Below are positions 43,826-53,806 of a stretch of 64,000 nucleotides of DNA, piece by piece. Position 1 is the stretch's first letter. Each line of letters begins with the position of its first letter. The DNA comes from an uncultured Oscillospiraceae bacterium (lineage in GTDB: Bacteria > Bacillota > Clostridia > Oscillospirales > JAAYXM01). The DNA is taken from the NCBI GenBank assembly GCA_934646115.1, contig CAKUEM010000003.1, positions 80 to 64,079 of the forward strand, read 5' to 3'. The notes beneath the pieces are model-generated. The model saw only the letters and a program-made list of their open reading frames with translations, made no database searches and had not been told where the DNA came from. The translations under genes were made by a program, and so were the position numbers.

Positions 43826-45709
43826 TTGAATAAAAAAGCAGCACGCGACATAGCGTTATTTTTAGCGATTGTCGTTGTACTCATTACGCTTGCAACCACG
43901 CTTTGGGATTCGCAGAAACCTGCTGCGCCCACGTATGCGCAGGTCGTTCGGAAGTTCGAGGCGGAAGAGGTGGAATCCTACGTGATCGACGGCGGAATTT
44001 TGACCATGCGCCTGAAAAACAATGGCGGAACGATGACCTTCGATCTGACCGACCCGCAGGTCCGTGCGGATTTCCGCGCCGACCTCGGCGACCTGCTGAA
44101 GGAACAGCGGCAAAAGGGAATCATCACGGATGACGACCGCAAGCCGGAGAAGGACAGCTCATGGTGGATGATGCTCCTGCCGTATCTGCTTGTGCTGGTC
44201 GGCATCGGTCTGATGTGGTACTTCATGTATAACCGGGCGGACGGCGGCGTCAATAAGGCCACGCGCTTCGGCAAGGCGCGCACAAAGCTCGGAAGCGAGG
44301 AGAAGAAAAAAGTTACGTTTGCCGACGTGGCGGGGGCGGACGAAGAGAAGGCGGAGCTTGCCGAGATCGTTGAATTTTTAAAGAACCCCAATAAATTTGT
44401 TGAGATCGGCGCGCGTATTCCGAAGGGCGTTTTGCTCGTCGGCCCTCCGGGAACGGGTAAAACCTATATCGCGAAGGCGGTTGCCGGGGAAGCGGGCGTT
44501 CCGTTCCTCTCCATTTCCGGCTCAGATTTTGTTGAGTTATATGTCGGCGTGGGTGCGTCGCGCGTGCGCGATCTGTTTGAGCAGGCGAAGAAAAGCGCCC
44601 CGGCGATCATCTTTATCGATGAGATCGACGCGGTCGGCCGACATCGCGGCGCCGGCTACGGCGGCGGTCATGATGAGCGCGAGCAGACGTTGAATCAGCT
44701 GCTCGTTGAGATGGACGGCTTTGGAAATAACGAAGGCGTGATTATCATCGCTGCAACGAACCGCCCGGACATTCTTGACCCGGCGCTTATGCGTCCCGGT
44801 CGGTTTGACCGCCAGGTCTATGTGGGTCTGCCGGACATCCGCGGTCGCGAGGCGGTGCTGCGGATCCATACGCGCAAGAAAAAGCTTGCGCTTGACGTGG
44901 ACCTTGCCACAGTGGCAAAATCGACCAGCGGGTTTACCCCGGCGGATCTGGAAAATCTGCTCAACGAGGCGGCGTTACTTGCCGCGCGCAATGAGCGGAC
45001 GGAGATCACCATGGCAGACATCGAAAATTCCATGATCAAGGTCATCGCGGGACCGGAGAAGAAGGCGAAGGTGCGCTCTGAAAAGGATAATCGCCTGGTC
45101 GCTTATCATGAGGCGGGGCATGCGATCGCGATGAAATTCCTGCCCACGCAGGATCCGGTTCATCAAATTACGATCGTTCCGCGCGGGCAGGCAGGCGGCA
45201 TGACGATCTCACTCCCACAGGAGGATACATTCACGGTTTCGAAAACGGAGATGCAGGAAAATATTGTGTCTCTGCTCGGCGGTCGCGTGGCAGAGCAGCT
45301 GGTGCTCAACGATATTTCAACCGGCGCGTCGAACGATATCCAGCGCGCTTCGGCGATCGCGCGCGATATGGTCACGAAATATGGCATGAGCGATGCGCTC
45401 GGTCCGATCAGCTACGCTTCCGATCATGACGAAGTGTTCCTCGGCCGCGATTTTGCAGAGCGGCGCAATTTCTCAGAGGACGTAGCTGCGGATATTGACC
45501 GCGAGGTCAAGCGCATCGTGGAGAACGCTTATCAGAACTGCGCGAATATTTTAAACGAGCATATGGATAAGCTTCATGAGGTTGCGAATTATCTGCTTGA
45601 GCATGAGGTGATGGACGCGGAGACATTCTATGGTCTCTTTGGCGAGAGCGTGCCGTCCCTGCCGCTGACCAAAGCGGTGAAAGAGCAAAACGAGCAGGAC
45701 GCGCAATAA
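43826..45709 (+). CDS. ftsH: ATP-dependent zinc metalloprotease FtsH
   Basis: Walker A GPPGTGKT, an SRH region, and the zinc motif HEAGH. Confidence 0.95.
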   Translation: MNKKAARDIALFLAIVVVLITLATTLWDSQKPAAPTYAQVVRKFEAEEVESYVIDGGILTMRLKNNGGTMTFDLTDPQVRADFRADLGDLLKEQRQKGIITDDDRKPEKDSSWWMMLLPYLLVLVGIGLMWYFMYNRADGGVNKATRFGKARTKLGSEEKKKVTFADVAGADEEKAELAEIVEFLKNPNKFVEIGARIPKGVLLVGPPGTGKTYIAKAVAGEAGVPFLSISGSDFVELYVGVGASRVRDLFEQAKKSAPAIIFIDEIDAVGRHRGAGYGGGHDEREQTLNQLLVEMDGFGNNEGVIIIAATNRPDILDPALMRPGRFDRQVYVGLPDIRGREAVLRIHTRKKKLALDVDLATVAKSTSGFTPADLENLLNEAALLAARNERTEITMADIENSMIKVIAGPEKKAKVRSEKDNRLVAYHEAGHAIAMKFLPTQDPVHQITIVPRGQAGGMTISLPQEDTFTVSKTEMQENIVSLLGGRVAEQLVLNDISTGASNDIQRASAIARDMVTKYGMSDALGPISYASDHDEVFLGRDFAERRNFSEDVAADIDREVKRIVENAYQNCANILNEHMDKLHEVANYLLEHEVMDAETFYGLFGESVPSLPLTKAVKEQNEQDAQ

Positions 45710-45732
45710 TATCGCAAATTTGGTTTAATAAG

Positions 45733-45767
45733 GAGAGCTGCAAGCGCTTTGCAGCTCTTCGTTTTTT
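45733..45767 (+). terminator. Rho-independent terminator of ftsH
   Basis: AGAGCTGCAA (45734-45743) pairs with TTGCAGCTCT (45749-45758), followed by a T6 run. Confidence 0.85.
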
Positions 45768-45859
45768 GCGCACCAGTAGGGAACACCTGCGCTGCGCGGA
45801 GTTTAAGATATAATAGAAAAAGTGGAAATCGCTCGCAAAATTGCAATGCGCGGGGGCTC

Positions 45860-46275
45860 ATGATGAATAGGGTCAGGGGCGCGCTGACTGTCTATTTTGA
45901 AGACCCGTTTTGGGTCGGCGTGCTGGAACGCGTGGAGGATGGGCGGCTGTCCGTTTCAAAAATCACTTTCGGAGCGGAGCCGAAGGACATGAGGCATACG
46001 AGTTTGCGCGCAAATATTATTTTAAGCTTCGCTTTAGTCCGCCGGCCGTGGCGCGCGCGAAGGAATGGAAGCGCAATCCCAAGCGCGTGCAGCGCGAGGT
46101 GAAAAAATAGCTGCAAAATAGCGGGATCGGCACAAAGTCGCAGCAGGCGCTCAAGCTGCAGCACGAGCAAAATAAGCAGGAGCGCAAAACAAAAAGCCGC
46201 GCGCAGCGGCTGGAGGAGAAGCGGCTGTTTGCCCTGAAGCAGCAGAAAAAGAGGGAAAAACATAAAGGGCATTGA
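45860..46275 (+). pseudogene. DUF2992/YjdF-like gene disrupted by a frameshift and an in-frame TAG
   Basis: Frame 1 gives MMNRVRGALTVYFEDPFWVGVLERVEDGRLSVSKITFGAEPKD. After ~45988 the family-like sequence continues in the -1 frame (HEAYEFARKYYFKLRFSP...NPKRVQREVKK). A TAG follows at 46108-46110. The same frame then continues with GIGTKSQQALKLQHEQ...KKREKHKGH up to the TGA at 46273-46275. Confidence 0.7.
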
Positions 46276-46354
46276 TGCGGAAAGATGGCAAAAAATGCCG
46301 GGCAAAAAGCGGCGCGCAGCTGCGTCTGGCAGGGCAATGAGCGCGGCGAAAAAA

Positions 46355-46398
46355 GAGCAAAAAATCGCCCCTGCCCGGCATATTCGGGCAAGGGCGAT
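46355..46398 (-). terminator. Terminator of the small minus-strand gene
   Basis: ATCGCCCCTGCCCG pairs with CGGGCAAGGGCGAT (one mismatch). There is a T-run on the minus strand. Confidence 0.65.
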
Positions 46399-46402
46399 GC
46401 GT

Positions 46403-46726
46403 TTATCCGGTGATCGTCGCCTCGATTTTAATGCCGAGCGATCCAATCTGATCCTGCACGGTCTGCAAAAACTTTTCGCAGTTTTTGGGGATATCATGCA
46501 CAAAATAAATAGAGATCACAGCATAAGAAAAATCATGATTTGGATAGCTTTCCTCAAACTGCCGGTTTTCTAAATAGGCGATATAGGTATTGATCTTGTC
46601 CTGAAGCAGCATCAGGTGTTCATACTCATTGCTCCAGTCAAGATGATCCGCCAGCATCAGGGAGAGGACCTTTCCATCCTCCGAAACGCCGACCGCATCG
46701 ATCACTTCTTTTTCTAAAATTGACAT
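46403..46726 (-). CDS. Small hypothetical cytoplasmic protein (107 aa), immunity-protein-like
   Basis: GAGAGG RBS 9 nt before the third ATG (46726). Lower GC than its neighbours. LADHLDWSNEYEHLMLLQDKINTYIAYLE resembles small DUF-type immunity proteins from memory only. Confidence 0.5.
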   Translation of the reverse strand: MSILEKEVIDAVGVSEDGKVLSLMLADHLDWSNEYEHLMLLQDKINTYIAYLENRQFEESYPNHDFSYAVISIYFVHDIPKNCEKFLQTVQDQIGSLGIKIEATITG

Positions 46727-46995
46727 GCTCATCATCCTCTCGTTTGCGCGTTTGACAAACGAATGGTCAAGCGCTGGTTTCCAAAGTGTTTTTGGCGCAG
46801 GGAGCGGCTTTGCGTCCCAAGCTTTTTGCCGAAAGCGCGGCACATGCTTTTGCGCGCATTGTGCACAGCAGGTGGGACGCTGTATTCAGACGAAGAAAAG
46901 ATATTCTGCACTACTGTTCGAATAAAGTATATCATAAACGCCGATGCTTGTAAAGCACCGGATCTACAAAAAAGCGTGGTGCGCGGGCAGCAAAG

Positions 46996-47026
46996 AAATG
47001 GGCATGGCGCAAAGACCATGCCCATT
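46996..47026 (-). terminator. Terminator downstream of the pyrB-like gene
   Basis: AATGGGCATGG pairs with CCATGCCCATT (11 bp). The minus-strand tail is T-rich. Confidence 0.65.
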
Positions 47027-47032
47027 ATTTCA

Positions 47033-48097
47033 TTAAGCGTGCGGGATCTCTTTATCGCAATAGCTGCAATAGGTGATCCCGTCTGACGAATGGGTGAGTG
47101 GCGGGAGGTAACGCTCGGTCTGCGTGATGCAGCGCGGATTCTCGCAGCGGCAGCCGCCGATCGAAACCGGCGCCGGATCGCGCGCCGGGTGCTTTAACAT
47201 GGTCGCGAGCAGCGCCATGCGCATATACATGCCATACCGCGCCTGCGCGAAATAGAGCGCGCGGGGGTCGTCGTCCACATCGACATGGATCTCGTCCACG
47301 CGCGGCAGAGGGTGTAGGATCAGCATATTCTCCCGCGCGCGGGAGAGCTTGGAGCGCTTGAGGATATACGAGCTTTTATGCTTATTATATTCCGACTCGC
47401 TCGTAAACCGCTCGCGCTGGATGCGCGTCATATACAGCACGTCCAGATGGTCGATCGTTGCGTCAAGCGAGGTGGTTTCGATATATTTCTGCTTATGCGC
47501 GTCCATAAAACGGCGCACATAGGTTGGAATTTGCAGTTCGCGCGGGGAGATCAGATAAAACCGGATCTCCGGATAGCGGGAGAAGGCTTTGATGAGCGAA
47601 TGCACTGTGCGGCCGTTTTTTAAATCGCCGCAAAGACCGATATTCAGCCCGTCAAACCGCCCGAGATGCATTCGGATCGTGCTCATATCCGCAAGCGTTT
47701 GCGTGGGGTGCAGATGTCCGCCGTCGCCCGCGTTGATGACCGGAACGCGCGAGTAAAGCGAGGCGGCGCGCGCCGCGCCCTCCTGCGGGTTGCGGATAAC
47801 GATCGCGTCTGCGTAATTGGACATCATGGCGATCGTATCTTTTAACGATTCGCCCTTTGACACGGAGGACGAGCCGGGATCGGAAAAGCCGATCACGCTT
47901 CCGCCCAGGCGCAGCATTGCGGTTTGAAACGACAGGTTCGTGCGTGTGGACGGCTCATAAAACAAATTGGCCGAGACTTTGCCGCGGCAGCAGTCGATAA
48001 AATCGCCGGGTGAGCGCATGATCTTTTCGAACAGGGCATACAGCTCTTCGAACTCCTCGGGCGTGATGTCGATAAAATCGATTAAATTGCGCGTCAT
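47033..48097 (-). CDS. pyrB: Aspartate carbamoyltransferase catalytic chain fused to a PyrI-type zinc domain
   Basis: ATCase motifs STRTN, HPTQ and HPLPR. The C-terminal 50 aa, CRCENPRCITQTE...YCSYCDKE, match the C-x-N-x2-C-I...C-x-Y-C-[ED]-K-E pattern of the PyrI zinc domain. Confidence 0.8.
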   Translation of the reverse strand: MTRNLIDFIDITPEEFEELYALFEKIMRSPGDFIDCCRGKVSANLFYEPSTRTNLSFQTAMLRLGGSVIGFSDPGSSSVSKGESLKDTIAMMSNYADAIVIRNPQEGAARAASLYSRVPVINAGDGGHLHPTQTLADMSTIRMHLGRFDGLNIGLCGDLKNGRTVHSLIKAFSRYPEIRFYLISPRELQIPTYVRRFMDAHKQKYIETTSLDATIDHLDVLYMTRIQRERFTSESEYNKHKSSYILKRSKLSRARENMLILHPLPRVDEIHVDVDDDPRALYFAQARYGMYMRMALLATMLKHPARDPAPVSIGGCRCENPRCITQTERYLPPLTHSSDGITYCSYCDKEIPHA

Positions 48098-48336
48098 AAC
48101 GATCCACACTGTCCTTTCTGTTTCAATGCATTTTCATTATATTGTAACACATTGCGCGCGATACATCAATTCTTTTTTGCAAAAATTCCGCGATGTATAA
48201 AGGCGGCGCGCGGCGGAAAAGCTGAAAATGCGGTTGAATCCCTGTGCGGTTGTGATGTATAATATTCACAGAACATCAGAAGGGACGCGCGCCCCTGTGG
48301 CGGGCATATTGATATATGTAGAAAGGACTGGATGCT

Positions 48337-49641
48337 ATGAAACATTTCTACCGCGAAATTTTGCCTGGGATCAACTTGCGCGTGGTGCAGACCGATCGGT
48401 TCAAAACCGCGTGCTTTTCCGCGAGTTTCCTGATGCCGCTCAATGTGTCGGATGCGGCGAAAAACGCGCTGATCCCGCAGGTTTTGCGCCGCGGCACGCG
48501 CACCCTGCCGGACATGATGCGCATTTCGGCGGCGCTCAACGAGCAATATGGCGCGCGCATTGAGCCGCGCGTGCGAAAATATGGGAATATTCAGGCGACC
48601 GGGCTGATTTGTGACATGGTCGCGCCGGAATGCGTGCCCGATGGGGCGGCGCTGCTTGCGGATACGCTGACGCTTGCGTTGGAAATGCTGCTTGACCCGG
48701 CAACGGTTGGCGACAGCTTTGTCCCGGAATATGTTGCGAGCGAGCGCGAAAATCTGATCGATCTGCGCCGCAGCGAGATCAATGATAAGCTGGGCTTTGC
48801 TTATCGCTCGGCGGTTGGCGCGCTTTATCATGACAGCGGGTTCGGCGCGCATGAATTTGGCGAGTGTGACGCGCTGGAGGCGATCGATGCGCGCGGGCTG
48901 TATCTGCATTATCGCGAGCGGATGCTGCGTGCGCCGCTTGAGTTATTTTTCTGCGGCAACGCATCGTTTGAGCAGGTGGAGGCGGCGCTTCGCCCAAGCC
49001 TTGCGCGGCTCGGGCGCGAGGAGGAGGGCGGCGCGACGCCGCTCGGTAAGCCCAATCAGCCGCAGGCGCAGGAGCTTTGCGTGCATTATGACGTGAATCA
49101 GGCGAATTTGCTGCTCGGACTGTACACCTCGGTGCGCGCGGGCAGCGTGGAGCAGCCGGCGATGCATGTGCTGTCCACCGTGCTGGGCGGCGGGACGGCG
49201 TCGAAGCTGTTTTTGCATGTGCGCGAGGAAAAGTCGCTTTGCTATTACACCGGCGCGAAGTATGATAAATATCTGCAAACCGTGTTTTTATACAGTGGGG
49301 TCGATCCGGCACGCGTGGAGGAGGCGCGCGGCGAGATGCTGCGCCAGCTGATGGCGTGTCAGGACGGCGACGTGACCGAGACTGAGCTGACGGTTGCAAA
49401 GCGCAATATTTTAGATGATTTGAAAACGGTTGCAGACTCGGCGCTCGGGCTGGAGTCCTATTGGCTGGGCGAGAGCGTGATGGGGCTTTCGCGCGAGCTT
49501 GCGCTGCGGATGGAGCGCATTCGCGCCGTGACGGTGGATGATGTGGTGCACGCGGCGCGCGGTATGATCAATTGCATGACCTTTGTGTTGACCGGAGAGG
49601 AGGAGCAGCATGTTAGAAAAAGCTTACCCGAAAATTCATGA
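48337..49641 (+). CDS. M16 family peptidase-like protein (no HxxEH motif; probably the non-catalytic partner)
   Basis: Pitrilysin-like fold and length, but no HxxEH near the N-terminus. It overlaps the next M16 gene by 32 nt. Confidence 0.7.
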   Translation: MKHFYREILPGINLRVVQTDRFKTACFSASFLMPLNVSDAAKNALIPQVLRRGTRTLPDMMRISAALNEQYGARIEPRVRKYGNIQATGLICDMVAPECVPDGAALLADTLTLALEMLLDPATVGDSFVPEYVASERENLIDLRRSEINDKLGFAYRSAVGALYHDSGFGAHEFGECDALEAIDARGLYLHYRERMLRAPLELFFCGNASFEQVEAALRPSLARLGREEEGGATPLGKPNQPQAQELCVHYDVNQANLLLGLYTSVRAGSVEQPAMHVLSTVLGGGTASKLFLHVREEKSLCYYTGAKYDKYLQTVFLYSGVDPARVEEARGEMLRQLMACQDGDVTETELTVAKRNILDDLKTVADSALGLESYWLGESVMGLSRELALRMERIRAVTVDDVVHAARGMINCMTFVLTGEEEQHVRKSLPENS

Positions 49642-50866
49642 GCGCGTCATGATGGACACGCTGGCAAATGGGCTTCGCGTCTGCGTGATCCCGAAGGAGG
49701 GATTTACGAAGGCTTACGCGCAGCTTTCTGTGCATTACGGCTCGATCGACGCGCGTTTTGATGCGGGCGCGGGCGAGATCGTGCCGCCTAAGGGCGTTGC
49801 GCATTTTTTAGAGCATAAGGTATTTGAACAGCCGGACGGCGGCAACGCGCTTGCCATTTTTGCGTCGACCGGCGCATCGCCCAACGCATTTACCAGCAAG
49901 ACGATGACCGCGTATCATTTTTCCTGCACGGATCGGTTTGAGCGCAATCTTGAAATTCTGCTCGATTTCGTGTCTACCCCGCATTTCACCGATGAAAATG
50001 TCGCAAAGGAGCAGGGGATCATCGGGCAGGAGATCGGCATGGTCAACGACCGGCCGCATTTTCGCGTGTATGAAAACCTGATGGCGGCGCTTTATTCCGC
50101 GCATCCGGCGAAGGACTCGATCATCGGCACGGTGGAAAGCATCGCGCAGATCGACCGGCATGTGCTGAGCGACTGCTATCGCATGTTTTACACGCCGTCG
50201 AATATGGTGCTGACCGTGGCGGGCGATGTGGACGCCGCGCGCATTATCCGCACGGCGGAGAGTATGCTGCCCTCGCGCTATATCGCGCCGCCTACGCGCG
50301 ACTACGGCGCAGAGCCGGAAGAGCCTGCACAACGCGAGGTGGAGGAACGGATGGAGTGCAGCCTGCCGATCGTTGCGGCGGGGTTCAAGCTCGCGGCGGA
50401 GACCGAGGGCGAGGCGGGCATGCGCCTGCGGCTCATCGCGGCGCTCAGCTGTGAGGTGCTGTTTGGCGAGTCGTCGCCGTTTTACGCGGAGGCGTATCAC
50501 GATGGGCTGATCAATCAGGGCTTTGGGGCAGAGCCGATGTTCTTTCCGGACAGCGCGGCGGTTATGATCTCGGGCGAGAGCCGCGACCCGGAGGAGATCG
50601 TGCGGCGCATTCTCGCGGTTTCCACAAAGCTTGACGATGCATATTTTTCGCGCGTAAAGCGCGCGATGTTTGGCGCGCGGCTGCGGCAGTTTGACTATTT
50701 CAGCGCGCTGTGCCGCGAGGTGGCGAGCGCGGAATTTTCTGGGTATCATTATTTTGATAGCTTTGCGGTATTTGAAAAAATTGAAAAATCTGATATAATA
50801 GAGTTTGCAAGCCGCCTGTTCGTGCCACAGCGCATGGCGGTGTCAAAAATTCTGCCAAAATCATAG
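49610..50866 (+). CDS. M16 family zinc peptidase (insulinase-like)
   Basis: Inverted zinc motif HFLEH within GVAHFLEHKVFE. Confidence 0.85.
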   Translation: MLEKAYPKIHERVMMDTLANGLRVCVIPKEGFTKAYAQLSVHYGSIDARFDAGAGEIVPPKGVAHFLEHKVFEQPDGGNALAIFASTGASPNAFTSKTMTAYHFSCTDRFERNLEILLDFVSTPHFTDENVAKEQGIIGQEIGMVNDRPHFRVYENLMAALYSAHPAKDSIIGTVESIAQIDRHVLSDCYRMFYTPSNMVLTVAGDVDAARIIRTAESMLPSRYIAPPTRDYGAEPEEPAQREVEERMECSLPIVAAGFKLAAETEGEAGMRLRLIAALSCEVLFGESSPFYAEAYHDGLINQGFGAEPMFFPDSAAVMISGESRDPEEIVRRILAVSTKLDDAYFSRVKRAMFGARLRQFDYFSALCREVASAEFSGYHYFDSFAVFEKIEKSDIIEFASRLFVPQRMAVSKILPKS

Positions 50867-50883
50867 TTGCGGAGGAAAAAACG

Positions 50884-51750
50884 ATGAATCATATCGCTTT
50901 TCCGGGTCTTGGGCTGGAGTTTGCGATCGATCCGGTTGCGTTTTCCATCGGCGCGAAGCCGATTTATTGGTATGCGATCATTATTGCGGCGGGTTTTTTG
51001 CTTGCCGCATGGTATGCGATGCGCCGGGCGAACTCGCTCAGCGTCGACCCGGACCGGCTGCTCGACGCGCTGATCTGGGCCACCCCGATCGCGATCATTT
51101 GCGCGCGGCTGTATTATGTCGCGTTTGAGTTTGACCGCTATCGCGACAATTTGGTCTCGATCCTTTACATATGGGAGGGCGGCATCGCGATTTACGGCGC
51201 GGTGATCGGCGCGATCATCACACTTGCGATCTATTGTAAGATCAAGCGGCAAAACCTGCTCGCCATGCTGGATGTGGGCGCGCTGGGGCTTTTGATCGGG
51301 CAGGCGATCGGTCGCTGGGGCAATTTCGTAAACGGCGAAGCATATGGAACGGCGACCTCGCTTCCGTGGCGCATGGTGGTCAACGGCGTGGTTGCGCATC
51401 CTACGTTTTTATATGAATCGCTTTGGAACGCGCTCGGCTTTGTGCTGCTGCATTTTCGCTCAAAGCATCGGAAGTTTAAGGGCGAGATCTTTCTGCTTTA
51501 TGTCGCGTGGTATGGGCTTGGCCGCGGCGTGATCGAGGGGCTGCGCACGGATAGTTTGTATATCGCGGGGACCGGGCTTCGCGTGTCGCAGCTTTTGGGC
51601 TTTGCGACCTGCCTTATTGCGGTAATTGTTTTATTTATTCAGTATGTGTTCCGCGATCATCCGGCGGAGGCGCTTGCAGATGCGCCGGAGCAGGCGGAGA
51701 CGATAGAAAAATTAACGGAGGATGAAACGGATGGCAGCGAAGATCATTGA
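50884..51750 (+). CDS. lgt: Prolipoprotein diacylglyceryl transferase
   Basis: [22 protein letters not shown] and [13 protein letters not shown] motifs. Confidence 0.9.
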   Translation: MNHIAFPGLGLEFAIDPVAFSIGAKPIYWYAIIIAAGFLLAAWYAMRRANSLSVDPDRLLDALIWATPIAIICARLYYVAFEFDRYRDNLVSILYIWEGGIAIYGAVIGAIITLAIYCKIKRQNLLAMLDVGALGLLIGQAIGRWGNFVNGEAYGTATSLPWRMVVNGVVAHPTFLYESLWNALGFVLLHFRSKHRKFKGEIFLLYVAWYGLGRGVIEGLRTDSLYIAGTGLRVSQLLGFATCLIAVIVLFIQYVFRDHPAEALADAPEQAETIEKLTEDETDGSEDH

Positions 51751-52582
51751 CGGAAAAATGACCTCGGCGAAGCTGCGCGCGGGGATTCATGAAAAGGTAG
51801 AGGCGCTGAAAGCGCGCGGGATCACGCCCGGACTTGCGGTCGTGATCGTCGGGAACGACCCGGCGAGCCGCGTGTATGTAAATAATAAGAAGAAAGCCTG
51901 CGCCGAATGCGGAATATACAGCGAGGAATATGCGCTGCCGGAGGAGACGACCGAGGAGGCGCTGCTTGCGCTCGTGCGCGAGTTAAATGAGCGGCCGGAC
52001 ATCCATGGAATTCTGGTTCAGCTCCCGCTTCCGAAGCATATCAGCGAGGATAAGGTTATTTTAACGATTCGCCCGGAAAAGGATGTGGATGCGTTTCATA
52101 AGCAAAACGTCGGCGCGATCATGACCGGCGATTATGAGTTTGTGCCCTGCACGCCGGCGGGCGTGATGGCGCTTTTGGATGAGTATGGTATCGACGTGAC
52201 CGGGAAGCGCGCGGTCGTGATCGGGCGTTCAAACATCGTGGGTAAGCCGCAGGCGATGCTGCTTCTGCATAAAAACGCCACGGTGACGATCTGCCATTCG
52301 CGCACGCAGAATCTGGCGGAGATCACGCGCGAGGCGGATATTTTAGTCGCGGCGATCGGCAAGCTTGAGTTTGTGACGAAGGATATGGTCAAGCCGGGCG
52401 CGGTCGTCATCGACGTGGGCATGAACCGCAACGCCGAGGGCAAGCTGCGCGGCGACGTTGCGTTTGATGAGGTGAGCGAGATCGCATCGTATATCACGCC
52501 CGTTCCGGGCGGCGTTGGTCCGATGACGATCACTATGCTGATGCAAAACACGCTGCGCGCGGCGGAACTTTGCGAAAAATAA
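51731..52582 (+). CDS. folD: Bifunctional 5,10-methylene-THF dehydrogenase/cyclohydrolase
   Basis: AKIIDGK...[17 protein letters not shown]..., GRSNIVGKP and [10 protein letters not shown]. Confidence 0.95.
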   Translation: MAAKIIDGKMTSAKLRAGIHEKVEALKARGITPGLAVVIVGNDPASRVYVNNKKKACAECGIYSEEYALPEETTEEALLALVRELNERPDIHGILVQLPLPKHISEDKVILTIRPEKDVDAFHKQNVGAIMTGDYEFVPCTPAGVMALLDEYGIDVTGKRAVVIGRSNIVGKPQAMLLLHKNATVTICHSRTQNLAEITREADILVAAIGKLEFVTKDMVKPGAVVIDVGMNRNAEGKLRGDVAFDEVSEIASYITPVPGGVGPMTITMLMQNTLRAAELCEK

Positions 52583-52589
52583 AAAATAT

Positions 52590-52618
52590 TTGACATTACC
52601 GTGCATCTGTGCTATAAT
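52590..52618 (+). promoter_or_regulatory. Sigma-70-type promoter of the rplU operon
   Basis: TTGACA (52590-52595), 17 nt, TATAAT (52613-52618). Confidence 0.8.
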
Positions 52619-52624
52619 GGCAAA

Positions 52625-52706
52625 AGCCGCATCTGGGTAGGTCTTAAAACGGATTTTCCGTACCTGCCGGAGCGTGACTCTAATTATGAGAGAGAGGTGC
52701 AACAGC
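52625..52706 (+). promoter_or_regulatory. Ribosomal protein L21 leader-like structured 5' UTR
   Basis: About 80-nt leader between the promoter and rplU, with nested stems (ACGGA-ttt-TCCGT inside GGTAGGT/ACCTGCC). Its position matches the Firmicute L21 leader family. Not model-scored. Confidence 0.45.
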
Positions 52707-53015
52707 ATGCAGGCAATTTTCGTTACCGGCGGCAAGCAGTACAAGGTCTCGGAGGGCGACGTTATCTACGTGGAGAAGTTAAACGCAGAGGGCGAGAGCG
52801 TTTCGTTTGACAATGTGCTCATGCTGATCGATGGGGAGAACACCACCATTGGTACTCCGAAGGTATCCGGCGCTTCCGTTTCCGCGAAGATCGTGAAAAA
52901 CGGCAAGAGCAAGAAGATCCTGGTCTTCAAGATGAAGCCGAAGAAGAACTACAGAAGACGTCAGGGTCACAGACAGCCGTACACCAAGCTGCAGATCGAG
53001 AAGATCAGCGTTTAA
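52707..53015 (+). CDS. rplU: 50S ribosomal protein L21
   Basis: [25 protein letters not shown]. Confidence 0.95.
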   Translation: MQAIFVTGGKQYKVSEGDVIYVEKLNAEGESVSFDNVLMLIDGENTTIGTPKVSGASVSAKIVKNGKSKKILVFKMKPKKNYRRRQGHRQPYTKLQIEKISV

Positions 53016-53329
53016 TGATCACGGCAAATTTTTTTACAGACGGCGGCGAGCCGGTCGGATTTGAAATTTCCGGTCATTCCGGCTACGCGGCGGCGGGCGA
53101 GGATATCGTCTGCGCTGCGGTTTCCAGCGCGGTCGGGCTGTGTGAATGCGCGATCACGGATGTGATCGGCGCGGCGGCAAAGATCGAAGTGTCGCCCGAG
53201 GATGCCACTGTGCGGCTGCGGCTGCGGGAGGATCGCCGGGAAGCGCGCGACATGATCGCGGCGCTCATGCTTCATTTGACCGCAATACGGGATGATTATC
53301 CGGAATATATCGAGGTTTTGGAGGTGTAA
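53015..53329 (+). CDS. prp: Ribosomal-processing cysteine protease Prp
   Basis: [18 protein letters not shown] (His/Cys dyad). It lies between rplU and rpmA. Confidence 0.9.
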   Translation: MITANFFTDGGEPVGFEISGHSGYAAAGEDIVCAAVSSAVGLCECAITDVIGAAAKIEVSPEDATVRLRLREDRREARDMIAALMLHLTAIRDDYPEYIEVLEV

Positions 53330-53333
53330 ATCC

Positions 53334-53618
53334 ATGCTTAAGTTATCGATTCAGTTTTTCGCACATAAAAAGGGCGTTGGATCGACCAAGAACGGTCGTG
53401 ATTCTGAGTCCAAGCGTCTGGGCGTGAAGCGCGCGGACGGGCAGTTCGTTCTGGCGGGGAATATCCTGGTTCGCCAGCGCGGCACGAAGATCCACCCGGG
53501 CACGAATGTGGGCAAGGGCTCTGACGATACGCTGTTCGCGATGGCAGACGGCGTTGTTAAGTTTGAGCGTATGGGGCGCGATCGCAAGAAAGTGTCTATT
53601 TTACCGGTTGCTCAGTAA
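53334..53618 (+). CDS. rpmA: 50S ribosomal protein L27 (with Prp-cleaved N-terminal extension)
   Basis: [24 protein letters not shown]. Confidence 0.95.
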   Translation: MLKLSIQFFAHKKGVGSTKNGRDSESKRLGVKRADGQFVLAGNILVRQRGTKIHPGTNVGKGSDDTLFAMADGVVKFERMGRDRKKVSILPVAQ

Positions 53619-53630
53619 AAACAAAAGTGA

Positions 53631-53664
53631 CAGGGTTGCCCGCATGCCGGACAACCCTGTTTTT
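53631..53664 (+). terminator. Rho-independent terminator
   Basis: CAGGGTTG (53631-53638) pairs with CAACCCTG (53652-53659), followed by T5. Confidence 0.8.
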
Positions 53665-53806
53665 CATGCCTGAAATTGCGTAGATCACGCGGTGCGTAGC
53701 GCGCCGCGCTGTGTTTTGGCTGTTTGGGCGGCGCATGAATAGATGTGTGCATTTTGAGTGATACTGGGAAGAGACAAAATCCCACCCCTGGGGAAGAGGT
53801 GCTACA

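Noticed and set aside
46108-46110. The in-frame TAG in the DUF2992-like gene, considered as possible pyrrolysine or stop-codon reassignment.
   Set aside because: TAG is used as an ordinary stop by other genes in the window, for example at 12118-12120, 43800-43802 and 5234-5236 (minus). No pyl genes were seen. The same gene also carries a frameshift, so decay is the simpler explanation.
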